A DNA stretch of 64,000 nt from Podarcis melisellensis (taxonomy: Eukaryota): NCBI GenBank assembly GCA_964234715.1, contig OZ174276.1; one strand, written 5' to 3'. A program made the position numbers and the translations under genes. Below are positions 37,745 through 52,520 of this stretch, in pieces (position 1 is the first letter of the stretch; the number at the start of each line of letters is the position of its first letter). A model generated the notes under the pieces. That model was given only the letters and a program-made list of their open reading frames with translations, did no database searches and was not told the DNA's origin.

Positions 37745-37891
37745 TTCGTAGAGTTCTGTTACCTCAGACAGCGGGACCGGCTGGCTGAAGATGTTGCCCG
37801 TGTCCTTCTCCTGGAGCTGCTCCAGCGTCCGGCGCAGGAGGATGAGGAAAGGGGTTAGCTGCATCTCCAGGGCCACCTGCTGCATTTTGAT
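37745..37891 (-). CDS. BRPF1: BRPF1 exon 6 (bromodomain start; alternative ends at 37763 and 37745)
   Basis: [43 protein letters not shown]|VTELYE|; donors gtaaca and gtaaga 18 nt apart. Confidence 0.95.
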
Positions 37892-38637
37892 CTGAAACAC
37901 AGAGCGGGAGGAGACACTGAGCTCTCGGGTCCCTGGGACAGTCCGCTGCGCCTCAGCCGGGGACCTCTGAAGTAGCATGGGGTTAGAAAGCACCAGGGCA
38001 GAGGGGCTGGGGGGGAGGGGCAACCGATGACCCTCCAGGTGCTACAACTCCCCACCCACCCCACCAAGTCCCTGACCACTGGCTGGGGCTTGCTGGAAGT
38101 TGCGAGTCCCCCAGAAACTCTGCGATGTAAGAGAATTTCACTTACGGGGAGACCGAGCCATCTTTGGGGCAGCTGGCCTGCCATTGTGGATCTTGTGGAA
38201 CCCCCTAATACGCTGCTGTAATACATCCTTACACACACACACACTCCTCCCAGGGAATGCAGAGGTGCATCATGGGCAATCCTGGTGCTGCTTCGCTCCT
38301 GCCATGTCGGAACACGGCCTGGGAGCAAGCTCTAGGGACAATGGGAACTAAGTGCGAACAAGAGGGGAGCAGAATTCGCACTAGAGGCAACAAGTCACAT
38401 CTGCACAGGGAAGTTTTTAACAACTGATGTTTTGCTGCGTTTTTTTATATTTCGTTGGGAGCCGCCCAGAGTGCCTGGAGCAACCCAGCCAGATGAGTGG
38501 CGTATAAATAATAAAATTATTATTATCTGGAGAAGCTTGGGCCCTCCCCAAACACCCCTCAGACAACCCTTTCAGGAAAGGTTCTACCACCCCATTCCGC
38601 AACTCCCCTAGGAAAGCCCTGTGCTCCCCTCTTATCA

Positions 38638-38901
<264 letters not shown>

Positions 38902-39270
38902 CTATGAGAGGAAGGGGCATCCCTGCCCCCTGCCAGGTTTCCACGGCTCTCGAAAGAAGAGCGGCAACTGGCTCCGCCCAGGGTTGCTGCCAGGAGCTGA
39001 GGGGAGGGGGGCAGTGGCAAACGCCAGGGCGGAATGGGGCACAGCGAGGGCAGAGACCCCTTTGGCAGGGTCACAAGAGGAGGCCCGGTGCCTTCCCTCT
39101 CCCTCCTGGCAGAAGGAAGGAAGATGCACGGAGCTGCCTTGCACAGAGTCAGAGCGCCCTGCATGGACTGTCTACCCTGAATGGCAGCAACTCTATGGTC
39201 ATGGAAGAGGGCTTTCCACCCTCCCGCCCACCAAGAGTGAGCCTGCAAAGCTGGTCCTTTTGGGTTAAGC

Positions 39271-39520
39271 CAGGGGTCAGCAAACCTTTTCAGTAGGGGG
39301 CCGGTCCACTGTCCCTCAGACCTTGTGGGGGGCCGGACTATATTTTGGGGAGGAAATTGAATGAATTCCTATGCCCCACAAATAACCCAGAAATGCATTT
39401 TAAATAAAAGGACACATTCTACGCATGTAAAAACACGCTGATTCCTCGACTGTCCGCGGGCAGGATTGAGAAGGCGTTTGGGCTGGTTCCGGCCCCCGGG
39501 CCTTAGTTTGCTTACCCATG
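39271..39520. mobile_element. hAT MITE
   Basis: CAGGGGTCAGCAAAC...GTTTGCTTACCCATG; perfect 8-bp TSD GGTTAAGC. Confidence 0.9.
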
Positions 39521-39696
39521 GGTTAAGCTCATGCTGGCTTTGCCCTTGGCCAGAGGAAATCTGTAGGTCCCCTCACCCACCATGTCTTGCTGCGGCAGCC
39601 GAGGCCTTCCTTCCTGCATGCAAACTGGGGAGCGCATTGCCCGGCCTTGCCGCGAAATCAGCCTAAGCTTCTCCCGCACAACCCCATGCTCCTTCA

Positions 39697-40065
<369 letters not shown>

Positions 40066-41270
40066 TCAAGCGGTCGCGTCGCAAGGCCAGGGAGGCACGG
40101 CGGTTCTGTCTGTACCACAGGCCTAAGGAAAATGGTTAAGCGGCGCTACTGTATTGCAGAACACACAAACAGCGGGGTTTGGAGACGGGGGAAAAGAAAA
40201 CCTGGGTTCAAATCTCCTACACAACTGGAAGGTCGTGGAGCAGCCTCGGCCGTGTTGCTAGCTCTCAGCCTTTTCCACCACTTTCATCAACCACAAACGT
40301 CAGAGATGTGGCGCTAATGTTATTATTGCTACGTTGCTGGTGAATGAGAGTTCTGCAGTGGCCTTTTCACTCTGCCCTGCTTCATACGTCGTCCATCTGT
40401 GCGCCGCTAGGAGACCAGAGGAAGGGCCGCCAAAGAGCGAGGTCACGAGCAGGGAAACCTTGGTATTCCTGACGCTGCTGGACTACAAGTTCCCATCATC
40501 TGTCGCCATCAACTATGATGGCTGGGGCTGATGGGAGTTGTAGTCCTGCAAAATATCTGGACAGCCAAAGGTCCCGCACCCCTGAGCTGGGTGAAGGATG
40601 AGGCTAAATTTGGTTTGCCCAAGCCAGTGACAGCCTGTGAAATGGATGTGGCACCCGGTTAGATCCTGAACAGGGGGCAATATCCACCCACCAACTTTCT
40701 CCATGGAGTTTCCTTGGCTAAAATAGCCCCCTTGGCATCCCATCGTTGGCCTCCAAAGTCTGAGAGTGAAAAAATCAAGAATCTGGTGGGTTGGAACGCC
40801 TTTTCCTAAATACATCACACCGCCAACTAAAGCACCAGGATGCACCTGGGATGACTGAGGTTTAGTGGACAACTTTTTGGATCTGACCTGGCCTCAAATC
40901 TCTCCTAAGCCGCCAATTCACTGTCTCTCTGCTTAACCCCGAGCCACAGTTGCCACTTGCCTCTTCGCCCCTGCATGGGACAAGAGCACTTCTCTGCAGT
41001 CAGGAAGATGAGTGGCTGGTGGCTGCAGCAACAGAACCGCTGGGAGCCCCTGCCCTGGAAAATAGTAATGTTATTCTATTTATTGACTGATTATGGCATT
41101 TCTATCCCACCTTTCCTCTCCACAATGCTCAAGGGGGCACAGGTGTTCTCTGCCTCCCCATTTTATCCTCGCATCAACCCTATGAGTTAAGTTAGGCTGT
41201 GATTGGCCCAAGGCCACCCAGCGGGCTTCATGGCCAAGTAGGGATTTGAACCCTGGTCTCCCAGCTCCTA

Positions 41271-41623
41271 GGGACGCGGGTGGCACTGTGGGTTAAACCA
41301 CAGAGCCTAGGGCTCGCCGATCAGAAGGTTGGCGGTTCGAATCCCCGCGACGGGGTGAGCTCCCATTGCTCGGTCCCTACTCCTGCCAACCCAGCAGTTC
41401 GAAAGTATGTCAAAGTGCAAGTAGATAAATAGGTACTGCTCCGGCGGGTGGGTAAACGGCGTTTCTGTGTGCTGCTCTGGTTCGCCAGAAGCAGCTTAGT
41501 CATGCTGGCCACATGACCTGGAAGCTGTACGTCGGCTCCCTCGGCCAATAAAGCGAGATGAGCGCCGCAACCCCAGAGTCGGCCACGAATGGAGCTAATG
41601 GTCAGGGGTCCCTTTACCTTTAC
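41271..41623 (+). mobile_element. Full-length Sauria-type SINE nested in an older SINE (about 41090-41670)
   Basis: TSD CTCCCAGCTCCTA(G) on both sides. Confidence 0.9.
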
Positions 41624-42359
41624 CTCCCAGCTCCTAGTCAAACACCCCAGCCACGACACCACATTTGGCTCTCTTACGGGAAGCCTGCAAAGCAGAACAT
41701 CAGGGCAACAGCTTTCTTAGCTGCTGGTGTAACTGGGACTCAGAAGCGTGTTGCTTCTGAACCTGAAGGGAGAATCTAGCCAGTAAGATTTGTAGCTACT
41801 GACAGCCTTATCCTCCAAGGACCTTAAGGTACAGATCTGTGGGCAATTTGCCTTTGCTACAAGGCTGGTTTCATCAGCTGTGGTGGGATGGAATTCTGCA
41901 TTTTTAAAAGCATTTTGTACACTGGAAAAGGTGCTCAAGAAGTATGCAGTGACAAATTAAAGATTTGCCTTGTCGGCAAAACAGACTGGCGTCCATCGAG
42001 ACCGGCGTTCTGTTAACAGCCGCAGCCGGCCTCATAACTCTTGAGAAACCTACAAGCAAAGCAACAAGGGGAAGGCCTTCCCCACAGGGATGTGGTGACA
42101 CACAGTGGAGGAAACACCCACCACTGCCGGGCTTGCTTCCTGCTCCCAACAGACAGGATCGCAGAACCGCTGTCCAGCAGGAGAGCATTTTTCACCATGC
42201 AGCAAAAGCAACGTTCAGCCTGGCGCAATTTGCTGCCTTGCCGTTTTGCCCGCAGAGGTGAGACAAATTCAAAAGCGAGCTTCCCAGGGAACACAGAATG
42301 GAGTCCTGCCCGACCTTGTCGTGAAACTGTTGGGTGAACAGTTTCTTTGGCCATAAACA

Positions 42360-42750
42360 ATCTTCTGTACGTTTCCGCACACGATTCAAAGTGTTGGTGC
42401 TGACCTTTAAAGCCCTAAACGGCCTCAGCCCGGTATACCTGAAGGAGCATCTCCACCTCCATCGTTCTGCCCAGACACTGAGGTCCAGCTCTGGCGGTTC
42501 CCTCATTGCGAGAAGTGAGGTTACAGGGAACCAGGCAGAGGGCCTTCTCGGTAGTGACGCCCACCCTGTGGAACGCCCTCCCTTCAGATGTGAAGGAAAT
42601 AAGCAGCTATCTTCTCTTTAAAAGACATCTGAAGGCAGCCCTGTTTAGGTAAGTTTTTAATATTTGATGCTGTATTGCTTTTAACACTTGATTGGAAGCC
42701 ACCCAGAGTGGCTGGGGAAACTCAGCCAGATGGGCAGGGTTTAAATAACA
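42360..42750 (+). mobile_element. L2-like LINE 3' fragment
   Basis: FKVLVLTFKALNGLSPVYLKEHL ORF2 remnant, followed by (ATT)n at 42752-42802. Confidence 0.75.
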
Positions 42751-42751
42751 A

Positions 42752-42803
<52 letters not shown>

Positions 42804-43963
42804 TGTACTTACAGAGAGAGGAGTTGAAAAGGACGGAAGAAACAGGAGCACCACCTTACCACTTAAAAAAACGGGGTGCTGTTTACGGACAGTTTCTAAA
42901 ATGTTTTTCAATTGTTGTTTTATTGATAGTAATCCAATCAGGGGTTTCATGAGCGGTTTATGAATTTTCATAAAATGGATAAAATAAATACACACCCCTA
43001 AACAGTGTTGTTTTTTTTAAAAGAAACATAAGGTACCTTTGAGTAGCCCCAGAAAGAAAGCACAGCCCCTAACTCCTGAAATGTTTGTCCATGGCAACAT
43101 TAGCAGTAGCCCTTCTCCACTTATTCCCAAAGTGCATCTCCTTTAGCAGAAAAAGATATATTAAATTATTTTTTAAAATTAAATCTTGAACAGTCACGTG
43201 CAAACTTACTGAACATAACTCCCATGATGGTAAAAAATAAAATAACTTGCACCCTCGTGCAGAGACATGTACACAGTGGCTTGAGAAGCGAATGGGCAAT
43301 CTGTGGCCTTCCAGATAAAGCTGGACTCCAATTCCCATCAGCCAGCATGGCCAATGGTCAGGGACGATGGGAGCCGGAGTCCAGCAATGTATGCAGGGTC
43401 TCAAAAAAGCCCAGTTTAAGCCCCTGTTCAGCTGTGGAGCTTGCACAGCGACCTTGGACAGGCCAGCCTCTCTGGAGATCATCCCACTGGTTATTCAGAG
43501 GCTAAAACGCTACCTTGAACGTAGACGAACTGCAAGCGTAGTAAATAAAAAAGCAGCCCTTTCACAAGCACCCAACACGTTTTCGTCTCAAGTGGATGTG
43601 GCCCAAGACAGTATGTACATAGCAGGCCTCTGGATTAGGCACCCCAAATACTGATTGACATCCGATGCCCCTTTAAATGGGTGGGGTATGATTGGTTTGC
43701 TCCTCTTCTTATTTTATTATGTATTTTGTGTTTTTTTTATATTGTACTTTTATGCCGTGAAGTGCCCTGAGATCTACAGGTATAGGGAAAATATACAAAT
43801 AATAATAAACAATAAAAACCCTGGGATTTTTTTTTTGCCTGGGCCGTACAGACCGGCCTGCAAAGCCCCAAGTAACCCAGACAACAACCTCGCCGCTTCG
43901 TGGTTCCATCTTATTAAGGTTGTGGAACGGGCGGCTGGGGTGGGGGGAAGAGAGGGCACCCTA

Positions 43964-45007
<1,044 letters not shown>

Positions 45008-45068
45008 CTATGGGGTTGTTGGCTGTGACTTGCATCTATCCACCCAGGCCTGCCCTTTATGTGCTAGA

Positions 45069-45804
45069 TGTCAGGGATGGCGAGATGACGAGGAGCAGTG
45101 GGAGGCACCAGCTGGGAGACGCCCCCACCCCCAAGGGAAGCCCCAGAGGAGGAAGGCTCCGAGCCTGGGGATTAGTAGTGGCACACAGAGGAGAGGTCCG
45201 AGGGAGAATGGGAGGGAGGAATGTTTGGATGCTGAAGAAGCAACAGGCTTTAGTGAGCAAGGAGAGCCTGTGACAGGGAGCAGCTCAGACTCAGAGGCTG
45301 AAGCACAGAGGGAACAAGAGGCTGCAGGAGAATCCCAGGAATCTGCCTCTCCTGCTGCAATGAGCTCCTCTCCCTCGTCTCAAAGGACACACAGGGCGAT
45401 GCATAGGGCGGAAGAGTTTTTGCAGGTGCCCCAACATAGGGAAAGGTCTGGCAGAGGGAGGAGACTAAGATGGGGTAAAGAAGTTGACCATCTGTCCTGG
45501 CAACTGCTCTGTTAGTCCTGTCAGGATGTGTCGCTGAGCTGTGTGCCGTTTTCTCAAATCAAGAATTAACTACACTGCCTAACTCTGCAACTTGTGTGTT
45601 GACCATAGCTGTCAACTTTCAGATTTGAAAATAAGGGATCAGCAGCCTCACCTGTCCCGGGGACAGTCTACGGGATATCTAACAATCCGGGATAGCAGCG
45701 GGAAGCAGTGGGAAATGGCACTGGAATAAGGGAATTTCCCGCAAAAAAAGGGAAGGTTGACAGCTATGGTGTTGACCTGCATCTGGCCCAGTTGTGAAGC
45801 TACA
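45069..45804 (+). mobile_element. Degenerate LTR-like element (possible solo LTR)
   Basis: Starts TGTCAGGGA, purine-rich body with a long open frame, possible end ...GCTACA; TSD not clean. Confidence 0.45.
45604..45768. mobile_element. hAT MITE
   Basis: 13-bp perfect TIR CATAGCTGTCAAC; perfect 8-bp TSD GTGTTGAC. Confidence 0.92.
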
Positions 45805-46867
45805 TAGTCTGTTTAAAAAACATTAAGGTTTGGTTGCTTTGACCTACAGAGGGAGACCTGTTACCCCTAGGCCTGAAAGCAGGAGCACAACAGGACAGGT
45901 TTTGACTGGCAGCCTAATACTAAGTGTTGCCAGTTTGTTCCACCTTGAGAGTCACTTGTCATTTGTTCACTTCCACCATTTTATGCAGAGAATTCTAGAG
46001 TTGGAAGGGACCACAAGGGTTATCTAGGCCAGCCCCTTGCAATGCTGGAATCTTTTCCTCAATGTGGGCCTCGAAATCACAACCCTGAGATTAAGAGTCC
46101 CATGCTCGAATGACTGAGCCACGACTGCTGCTTCAGTGCTCTCTTCCTGGCAGAATCAGCTGAGTACCAGCATGAGCTCTGCTTGCCATCCCTCTTCCTC
46201 TATGCTGAGAATTCTGGTCACAGCCATCCAAACCCTTTTTTCTTTGACCTGGGGTGTGGGGGGGAGAGAAACCTACCACGTCACTCTGTGAAAATCCTTT
46301 CATGCAAGCCACCGCACTACTTACAGGTGAGTGAACCGGACTGGGCGAAACACTGCTGCAATCAGACAAAGTCTTCCAATTTCTGCATAATGTACCTCTC
46401 AAAAGCCAGGGGTAGGGAGGTGGTGTTGGGGAGTTAAAGCATCTCTCCAGGCAAGAGCACCTTCTTTCTACCCTGCCCCCTGATGCCAGGGAATTCTGAT
46501 GCCAGTAGGAATACTGCTGTTCCAGATTCTCCTCCCGGGGTGCAAACCCCACCCCCCTCCTGTTAGGAAGGGAAGAACTCTTCCTTTGCCCAAGGGACAC
46601 AGGCTGCCTCGGTCTCCAAGCTGCAACAAGGCACAGCCAGGAGATGCCCTCCGAGAGGGAAGTGCAGAGGCCCCCTGAGAAATGCTCAGCAGCACCTCCT
46701 TAAAGTGCTCTCCTCCCCATTTGAGAACCTTAGCTTAGATGGAGAGGATTAATAATATTGTATACCACTTAAGGCAGCACCTAGCCCATCTAGGAGAAGG
46801 AAAACTCTGATCCTAAACCACCACTGCCTTGCAGGATACCATCAGAAGAAAAGGTGAGGGAGTAAAC

Positions 46868-47120
46868 CAGGGGTCAGCAAACGTTTTCAGCAGGGGGTCA
46901 GTCCACTGTTCCTCAGACCTTGTGAGGGGCCAGACTCTATTTTGAAGGGGGGAGGAATGAATGAATTCTTATGCCCCACAAATAACCCAGAGATGCATTT
47001 TAAATAAAAGGACACATTCTACTCATGTAAAAACATGCTGATTGCCGGACTGTCTGCGGGCAGGACTGAGAAGGCGATTGGGCTGGATCCAGCCCCCAGG
47101 CCTTAGTTTGCCTACCCATG
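46868..47120. mobile_element. hAT MITE (same family as 39271-39520)
   Basis: Perfect 8-bp TSD GAGTAAAC. Confidence 0.9.
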
Positions 47121-47872
47121 GAGTAAACCCACACAAATCCTGAGTGGGGTCCCTAAGGCGGTTGGATGGCACCTTGTACACCCCCTTACTGCAACTCCTG
47201 CAGCCATGCTGGTGCCAAACGTACTGCTCTGCTTTCCTTTGGACCAGATCAGCGAGGCTGGGCAGCCCAGGACCTCCCCACACACTGCCCAGGCTGTTGC
47301 CCCAGGGAGGTCACTTCAGTGCTGTTAATGTAGCAAAAACAACACGGGAGGTAGCAGCTACGAGTTACCACTCTCCGCAGTCACAGCAGGCGCTGTGATT
47401 CTCCAGCAGGGTTGGGTGATATATTGATACATTGCCCAAAAGAAGTTTGAAGTCCATATTGTGATATCGGTTCCATAGTTTTTTAACCTGGTACAAAATA
47501 CTGCAAATCATGATGTGTGTGCTATGAAAAAATCACAATGTGGGGGAAACAGTGAAGCCGGACAATGCCTGTACATAGCTCCATCCTTATTTCAGACATT
47601 GTGATATGTCAGTATATCACGATGTTTAGCTGGTAATATATCATGATTTTGAAAAACCAGTTATCCCCTATTCTCCAGTGGTTTGACTTGACCCCAGGAG
47701 GCGAACTCCATTGTCTCTCGAGACAGATGGATGCCAACAACATACCACATAATATAAGAAGAAGAAGAATCTCTGAGGTTGCTTACATAGGACACAATCA
47801 AAACCCAAACACAACCCCGCAAAGCCCTCCGAACCACAGCTCCACAGGGTGCCCCCAACCCACAGGCGGTAC

Positions 47873-48468
47873 CTGTAATACGAGGAGGGGCGAGGAGGGG
47901 CGTCAGGCGTGTCCTGGTCCAGCTCCCGGTACACGGCCTCTGGGAGCTTGGGCATGTTGCCCGCCGAGGCACTGTGGTGGTGATGGTTGGAGTCCTTACG
48001 CTTCTCCTTATTCTTATGCTTGCCGGCTTTGGGGGCCACGGACGGCGTCTCCGTGTTCTCCTTGTTGCTGTTGTTCTCCGGGACCTCCTCGGGCGCCTCG
48101 TCGTCCTCGGACACCACGTCCAGGTTGTCGAAGATGCTGATGCGGTGCACGCGGCCGTGCAGGTCCACTTCCACCATGCGCTGGGCCTGCGCGTAGGTCA
48201 TGACCTCTCGGCCCGGCGACTGCGAGGTCTCGGAGGGGCTGGGCGACTGCTTGTTGGCCGCCCGGCCGTGCCGGCCCTTCTTCTTGTGCTTGCGCAGAGG
48301 GGCGCTCTGCGGGGGCGGGGGGTTGTCATGGTCGTAGTGGTAGAGGTGGTACTCGATGCCGCTGTAGCTCTTGTAGATCTTGCGGCACGTGTCCACGGGG
48401 CACTCGTACGGCGGCTTGGTGGCCCGCAGGTTATGGCAGAACGTCTTCACGTCAAAGTCCACCCCCAT
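47873..48468 (-). CDS. BRPF1: BRPF1 first coding exon (C2H2 zinc finger); exon acceptor at about 48482
   Basis: [47 protein letters not shown]...; strong Kozak gccATGG; donor gtaccg. Confidence 0.98.
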
Positions 48469-50109
48469 GGCGCCTGCTAGCTCTGTAGGGAAGGGGGAAC
48501 CAAGAGCGGAGAGGTCAGGGCTGGCGCGCCACCAGGATACCTACCAACGGTTTGTTCCTCCTCCCCGACCCAAAACGCCTGTGCCGGGAGGAGCCAGGAG
48601 CTTCGCAAACAGGCTTCTAGCACGTCGTAACAGGACCTGCTCCACTCCCAGACTGATCTAGCACAAAATGCACACGGGGACCAGGCCAATTCCCAGAGGC
48701 AGACTGGCACGAACGTGACAACCACATCAGAGACTGTTGTGCAAAGTTTTGCACAGAACTGTACTGCTTCTTTTCCCTAACCAGGTATTACACCTCATCC
48801 TCTTTCTCCCGGGTTATTGCTAAATCACGCAAGGAAAAATGTGGGCAGCAGCCATCTGGGCACTAGGGATGTGGGATGTTATTCTACTCACCCTGCCTGA
48901 TGCTGCCCTTCTAAGGAATTTCTGCTAGTTGTGCATGGAGCAGAACAGGTTCCGGTTTTCTGTCTGTCTAGCTCAGGGACAGGAAACCTGTGGCCCTCAA
49001 GGTGTTGCCGGACTACAACTCCCATCATCCCCTGACAAATGGCCCTGCTGGCTGCGGCTGAAGGGAGCTGCAGTCGAACATTTGGAGAGCCTTGAGGTTC
49101 TCATCCCTGGTCTAGCTGTTCTCCGCTCCTCCTACAAATTACTCCTCAAAGCCCACCTTTTCAGCAAAGCTTTTCCCGAGCCTCTTCACTTTCTTGCCAG
49201 CTGACTTCCCTATATTCCAGCCTCACAGAGCCAACTAATATAGCATTGTCGGCAGGGGACTTCTAACAGTGCTTGGCATGGTAAACACGCAAACTGCAAA
49301 GGTAAGGCACAGAGCTCCAAAAATACCACCAATTGGCTGCACCAATAAGCCACAACCATGTAGCAAGTCTCTGCTGTGTCCACCTCTATTTCTAAGGCAT
49401 GGGGCCAGTTTCCTTCCCTTCATATTTTGTTTTTTGTGACCTTCACGCCTGTGATGTCCTGCAACAATCAAAGCCATTTTTACCCCATTATCCATTCCCG
49501 TCTTTTCTCTCCACTCCATCCAAGGCAGGCCGTAAGCCCTCTAGACAGGGATCCTTCTCACTTGTATTTTCTGTTCTCTGCTAGGCACGCTGCTACCACT
49601 AAAGTTTAAAGCAGCAGGAGTCTGGCAGTGGCGGGGAAGGGAAAGAGTTTGAGAGTATTAGCATTAACCAAACTACTCATGGTATCCTCCCACTACCCCC
49701 CAGCTGTGTAAGAGACAAGCTGGGCCACAGTTATCCAGGCTCTGGTAACATCCCATGTGGGCTACTGAAATGTGTTACATGCTGGACTGCCCTTGAAGAC
49801 TACTCTGGAATTTCAGCTGGGATGAAATACAGTGGCTTAGAATCTTAACAGCAACTGGCAGAATGAAACATGTATCAGAAGTTCTGAAACAACTCGACCA
49901 GCCCCAATCTATTTCTAGTTCTCAGCTTTAAAGCTCTGAATAGCCAGGTATCTAAAGGGCTACCTTTTTCTCCCCATGAACATATCCCCCCTTCCAAGGC
50001 CCACTCTGAAGTGAGGTAGATGGCGAGCACCACAATGTAGAATGCTCTTCCTTTTCAGCACCAGCTGAAGGCTTTTGTTCACCCCGGCTTTTAATGTAAA
50101 CTAGCTGCA

Positions 50110-50280
50110 GGGACGCGGGTGGCACTGTGGGTTAAACCACAGAGCCTAGGGCTTGCCAATCAGAAGGTCGGTGGTTTGAATCCTTGCAACGGGGTGAGCT
50201 CCCGTTGCTCAGTCCCTGCTCCTGCCAACCTAGCAGTTCGAAAGCACGTCAAAGTGCAAGTAGATAAATAGGTACCACTC
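50110..50280 (+). mobile_element. Sauria-type SINE 5' half
   Basis: Head through GTAGATAAATAGGTACC. Confidence 0.8.
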
Positions 50281-51759
50281 AATAGGAATGGCCCTCAACT
50301 TAATACTACCCACAGTAGAGCAACATCAAAAAGGGAAGTGAAAGAATGCCTGTCACTTGCCACTTCTTGCTCAGGCTCTGTTTCACACATTGCCTCTGTC
50401 ATGCCATGCTGTCCCCTAGCTGGAGAGGAAATGAAAAATAATGGGAAAGGTGTCAGGCAACCCAAGTTGCACTGACTTCTTTTCTACAACAGGAATCAGA
50501 CAGTACTAGGAATGAAAATCCCAAGCTTTGCCTGTGTGTGCAGCCTCCAACCGCTCTCTGCACCTGTTGTTGTTTACTACATTTCTATACCACCCTCCAT
50601 CCGAGGATCACAATTTACAATATAAAAACACAAAAATGTGCAAACAAAAACAATATCCCCCAACTGCTCTTTCCCTTTAGTAGTACACTCTGTGTTTGTT
50701 TGTGCATGTGCTGTTGTTGTAGCACCAGGAATAAATAGAAAAGGGCTGAAAGAGAACACTGAAGGACACCACACCTTTTGGCCCTGATAACTCCCACTTT
50801 GCCTTTCTCACCTGCGGCATCCTCTGCTTGGAGCAAGGAAGAAGAATTAGCACAGAAAGGATAGGAAAGCAGATAGAGAGGCTTGACCCTGCTTTACACA
50901 CTGCAAACCTCACATTACCTCTCTCATCCCACGCTGTGCCAGCAGCTATAAGGAGAACGATAACAAAGGGAGAAGAACGAGGGAGGGCAGGTGGCCGTGA
51001 AGCTGCTCCCATCACACACCACCTTCCCTATCTCCAAGGCACCCTCTGCCACAGAGAGATCATGGGAGAATGAGTGGGTACCAGAGATAGACGCCAACCC
51101 AGTATGTCACCACCTTTGTCCAAGTACCAGGAGGGCAACGGGTGGCGGCCATCAGGCTACCCACTTTTCATTCCCCGGACCTTATTTATCTTTGTGGCAC
51201 CTTCCAGCATAGGTGGGCAGGGCAAAACAGCAGACTCGTGCCCTTGGTTCATGCAAACCCCACGCCACCTCCCCCGACAGCAGGGCAGCAGCTGTCATGG
51301 GAGGGGGCAACCTGGGCAAAGCAGCTGTCAAGCCACCTCCAAGGCGGTTCTTTCTATCGTCATGGTGCTGGTGAGAGAGCGGGTGGGGGGGCACAGAGAA
51401 GTCCGCATGCCACATCCCCTGCTGCCCTGCTGTTGGGCACATTGTCCCAGTGGGCACTAAAGAAAGGGAGAGCTGCTGCCCTCCCTAGATGTTGCTGGAC
51501 AACAACGCTGTTCCTATTATTATTATTCTGATGTGCTGGATTTGTAGACCGCCCTTCGCCCGTAGATCTCAGGGCGGCTCACAGAAAACCCATCACCCCT
51601 GGGGGGGCATGGATACCTGCTGCAATGGTAGGGAGAGGGGCTGTCAAGCGCTCTCTCTCTCTCTCTCATTCCCACGCGCGCGCACTTCCTGCATGCATCG
51701 GAGGTGTGTGGAGGGGAAAGTGTGGGTCAGATGTGGGGCAGGAGAAGAAGGCGGCTTGT

Positions 51760-52520
51760 GGGTTGGCGGGGCAGGAGCGGTGGGGGGGGGGATATCGGAG
51801 GAAATGCCAGCCTGCCCGGCAATGCTTTGCCCGCCACCTTCTCCCCCCTTTGCAAGGCGCACACAGACCCACGCAGAAGCAGCTGCCCCCGTTTCCTCGC
51901 TGTTTCCGCGGGAGAAACCCGCCCGCCCGCCTGCCCGCCCGCCGGGCGGCTTCCCCTCGCCGCTCCCCTCCTCCTCCCCGCCCGCCCGCAGGCTCTCTCA
52001 CCGCGCTCGGCCTCAGGCCCCCCGCCCGCGGCTGGGCGGCTGCTGGGCGGCTCTCGTGGCGGCAGGGCCCATGGGCCCAGCCCGGCCCGGCCCGGACAAT
52101 GGAGAAGGAGGAGGAGGCTCCGGCGGCGGCGGCGGCAGCAGCAGCTCCTGCGCGGGGAGGCCCCGCTGGGTAAAGCCGCTCCTTGGCAACCGCACTTTCG
52201 CCACCCAGCTCGCCCGCCGTGTTTGCGTATGTGGGGGGGCACCTGCCGAACCCCCCCCCCCGCCTCGCCACACACGCACCCCGGTGTTTTTTTTTTCCCC
52301 CACCGTCGTCTTCCAATTTGCAAGGTCAGACTTCCCGGCCGGCGGCCGTGGGCGAATCTGCTGCCGCCAATGTCAAGGCTGTGCTGTAGTCGAGAGTGAA
52401 GGGGGGGGAGCGTGGAGGGGTCTCCCGCTCAGGACTCCTGGGTCCCTCTCCGGTCCAGCTCCGGGAGGAGGAGGAGGAGGGGGAGCCCCGTTTCCGTGCC
52501 ACGGGGGTTTGGACTGGGGC
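51760..52520 (-). promoter_or_regulatory. BRPF1 CpG-island promoter
   Basis: Very high CpG and GC density about 3.5 kb upstream of the ATG exon. Confidence 0.85.
52002..52300 (-). other. BRPF1: Probable BRPF1 non-coding exon 1 (5' end approximate)
   Basis: Donor GCG|gtgaga inside the CpG island; GCC/CCT repeats typical of GC-rich 5' UTRs. Confidence 0.65.
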
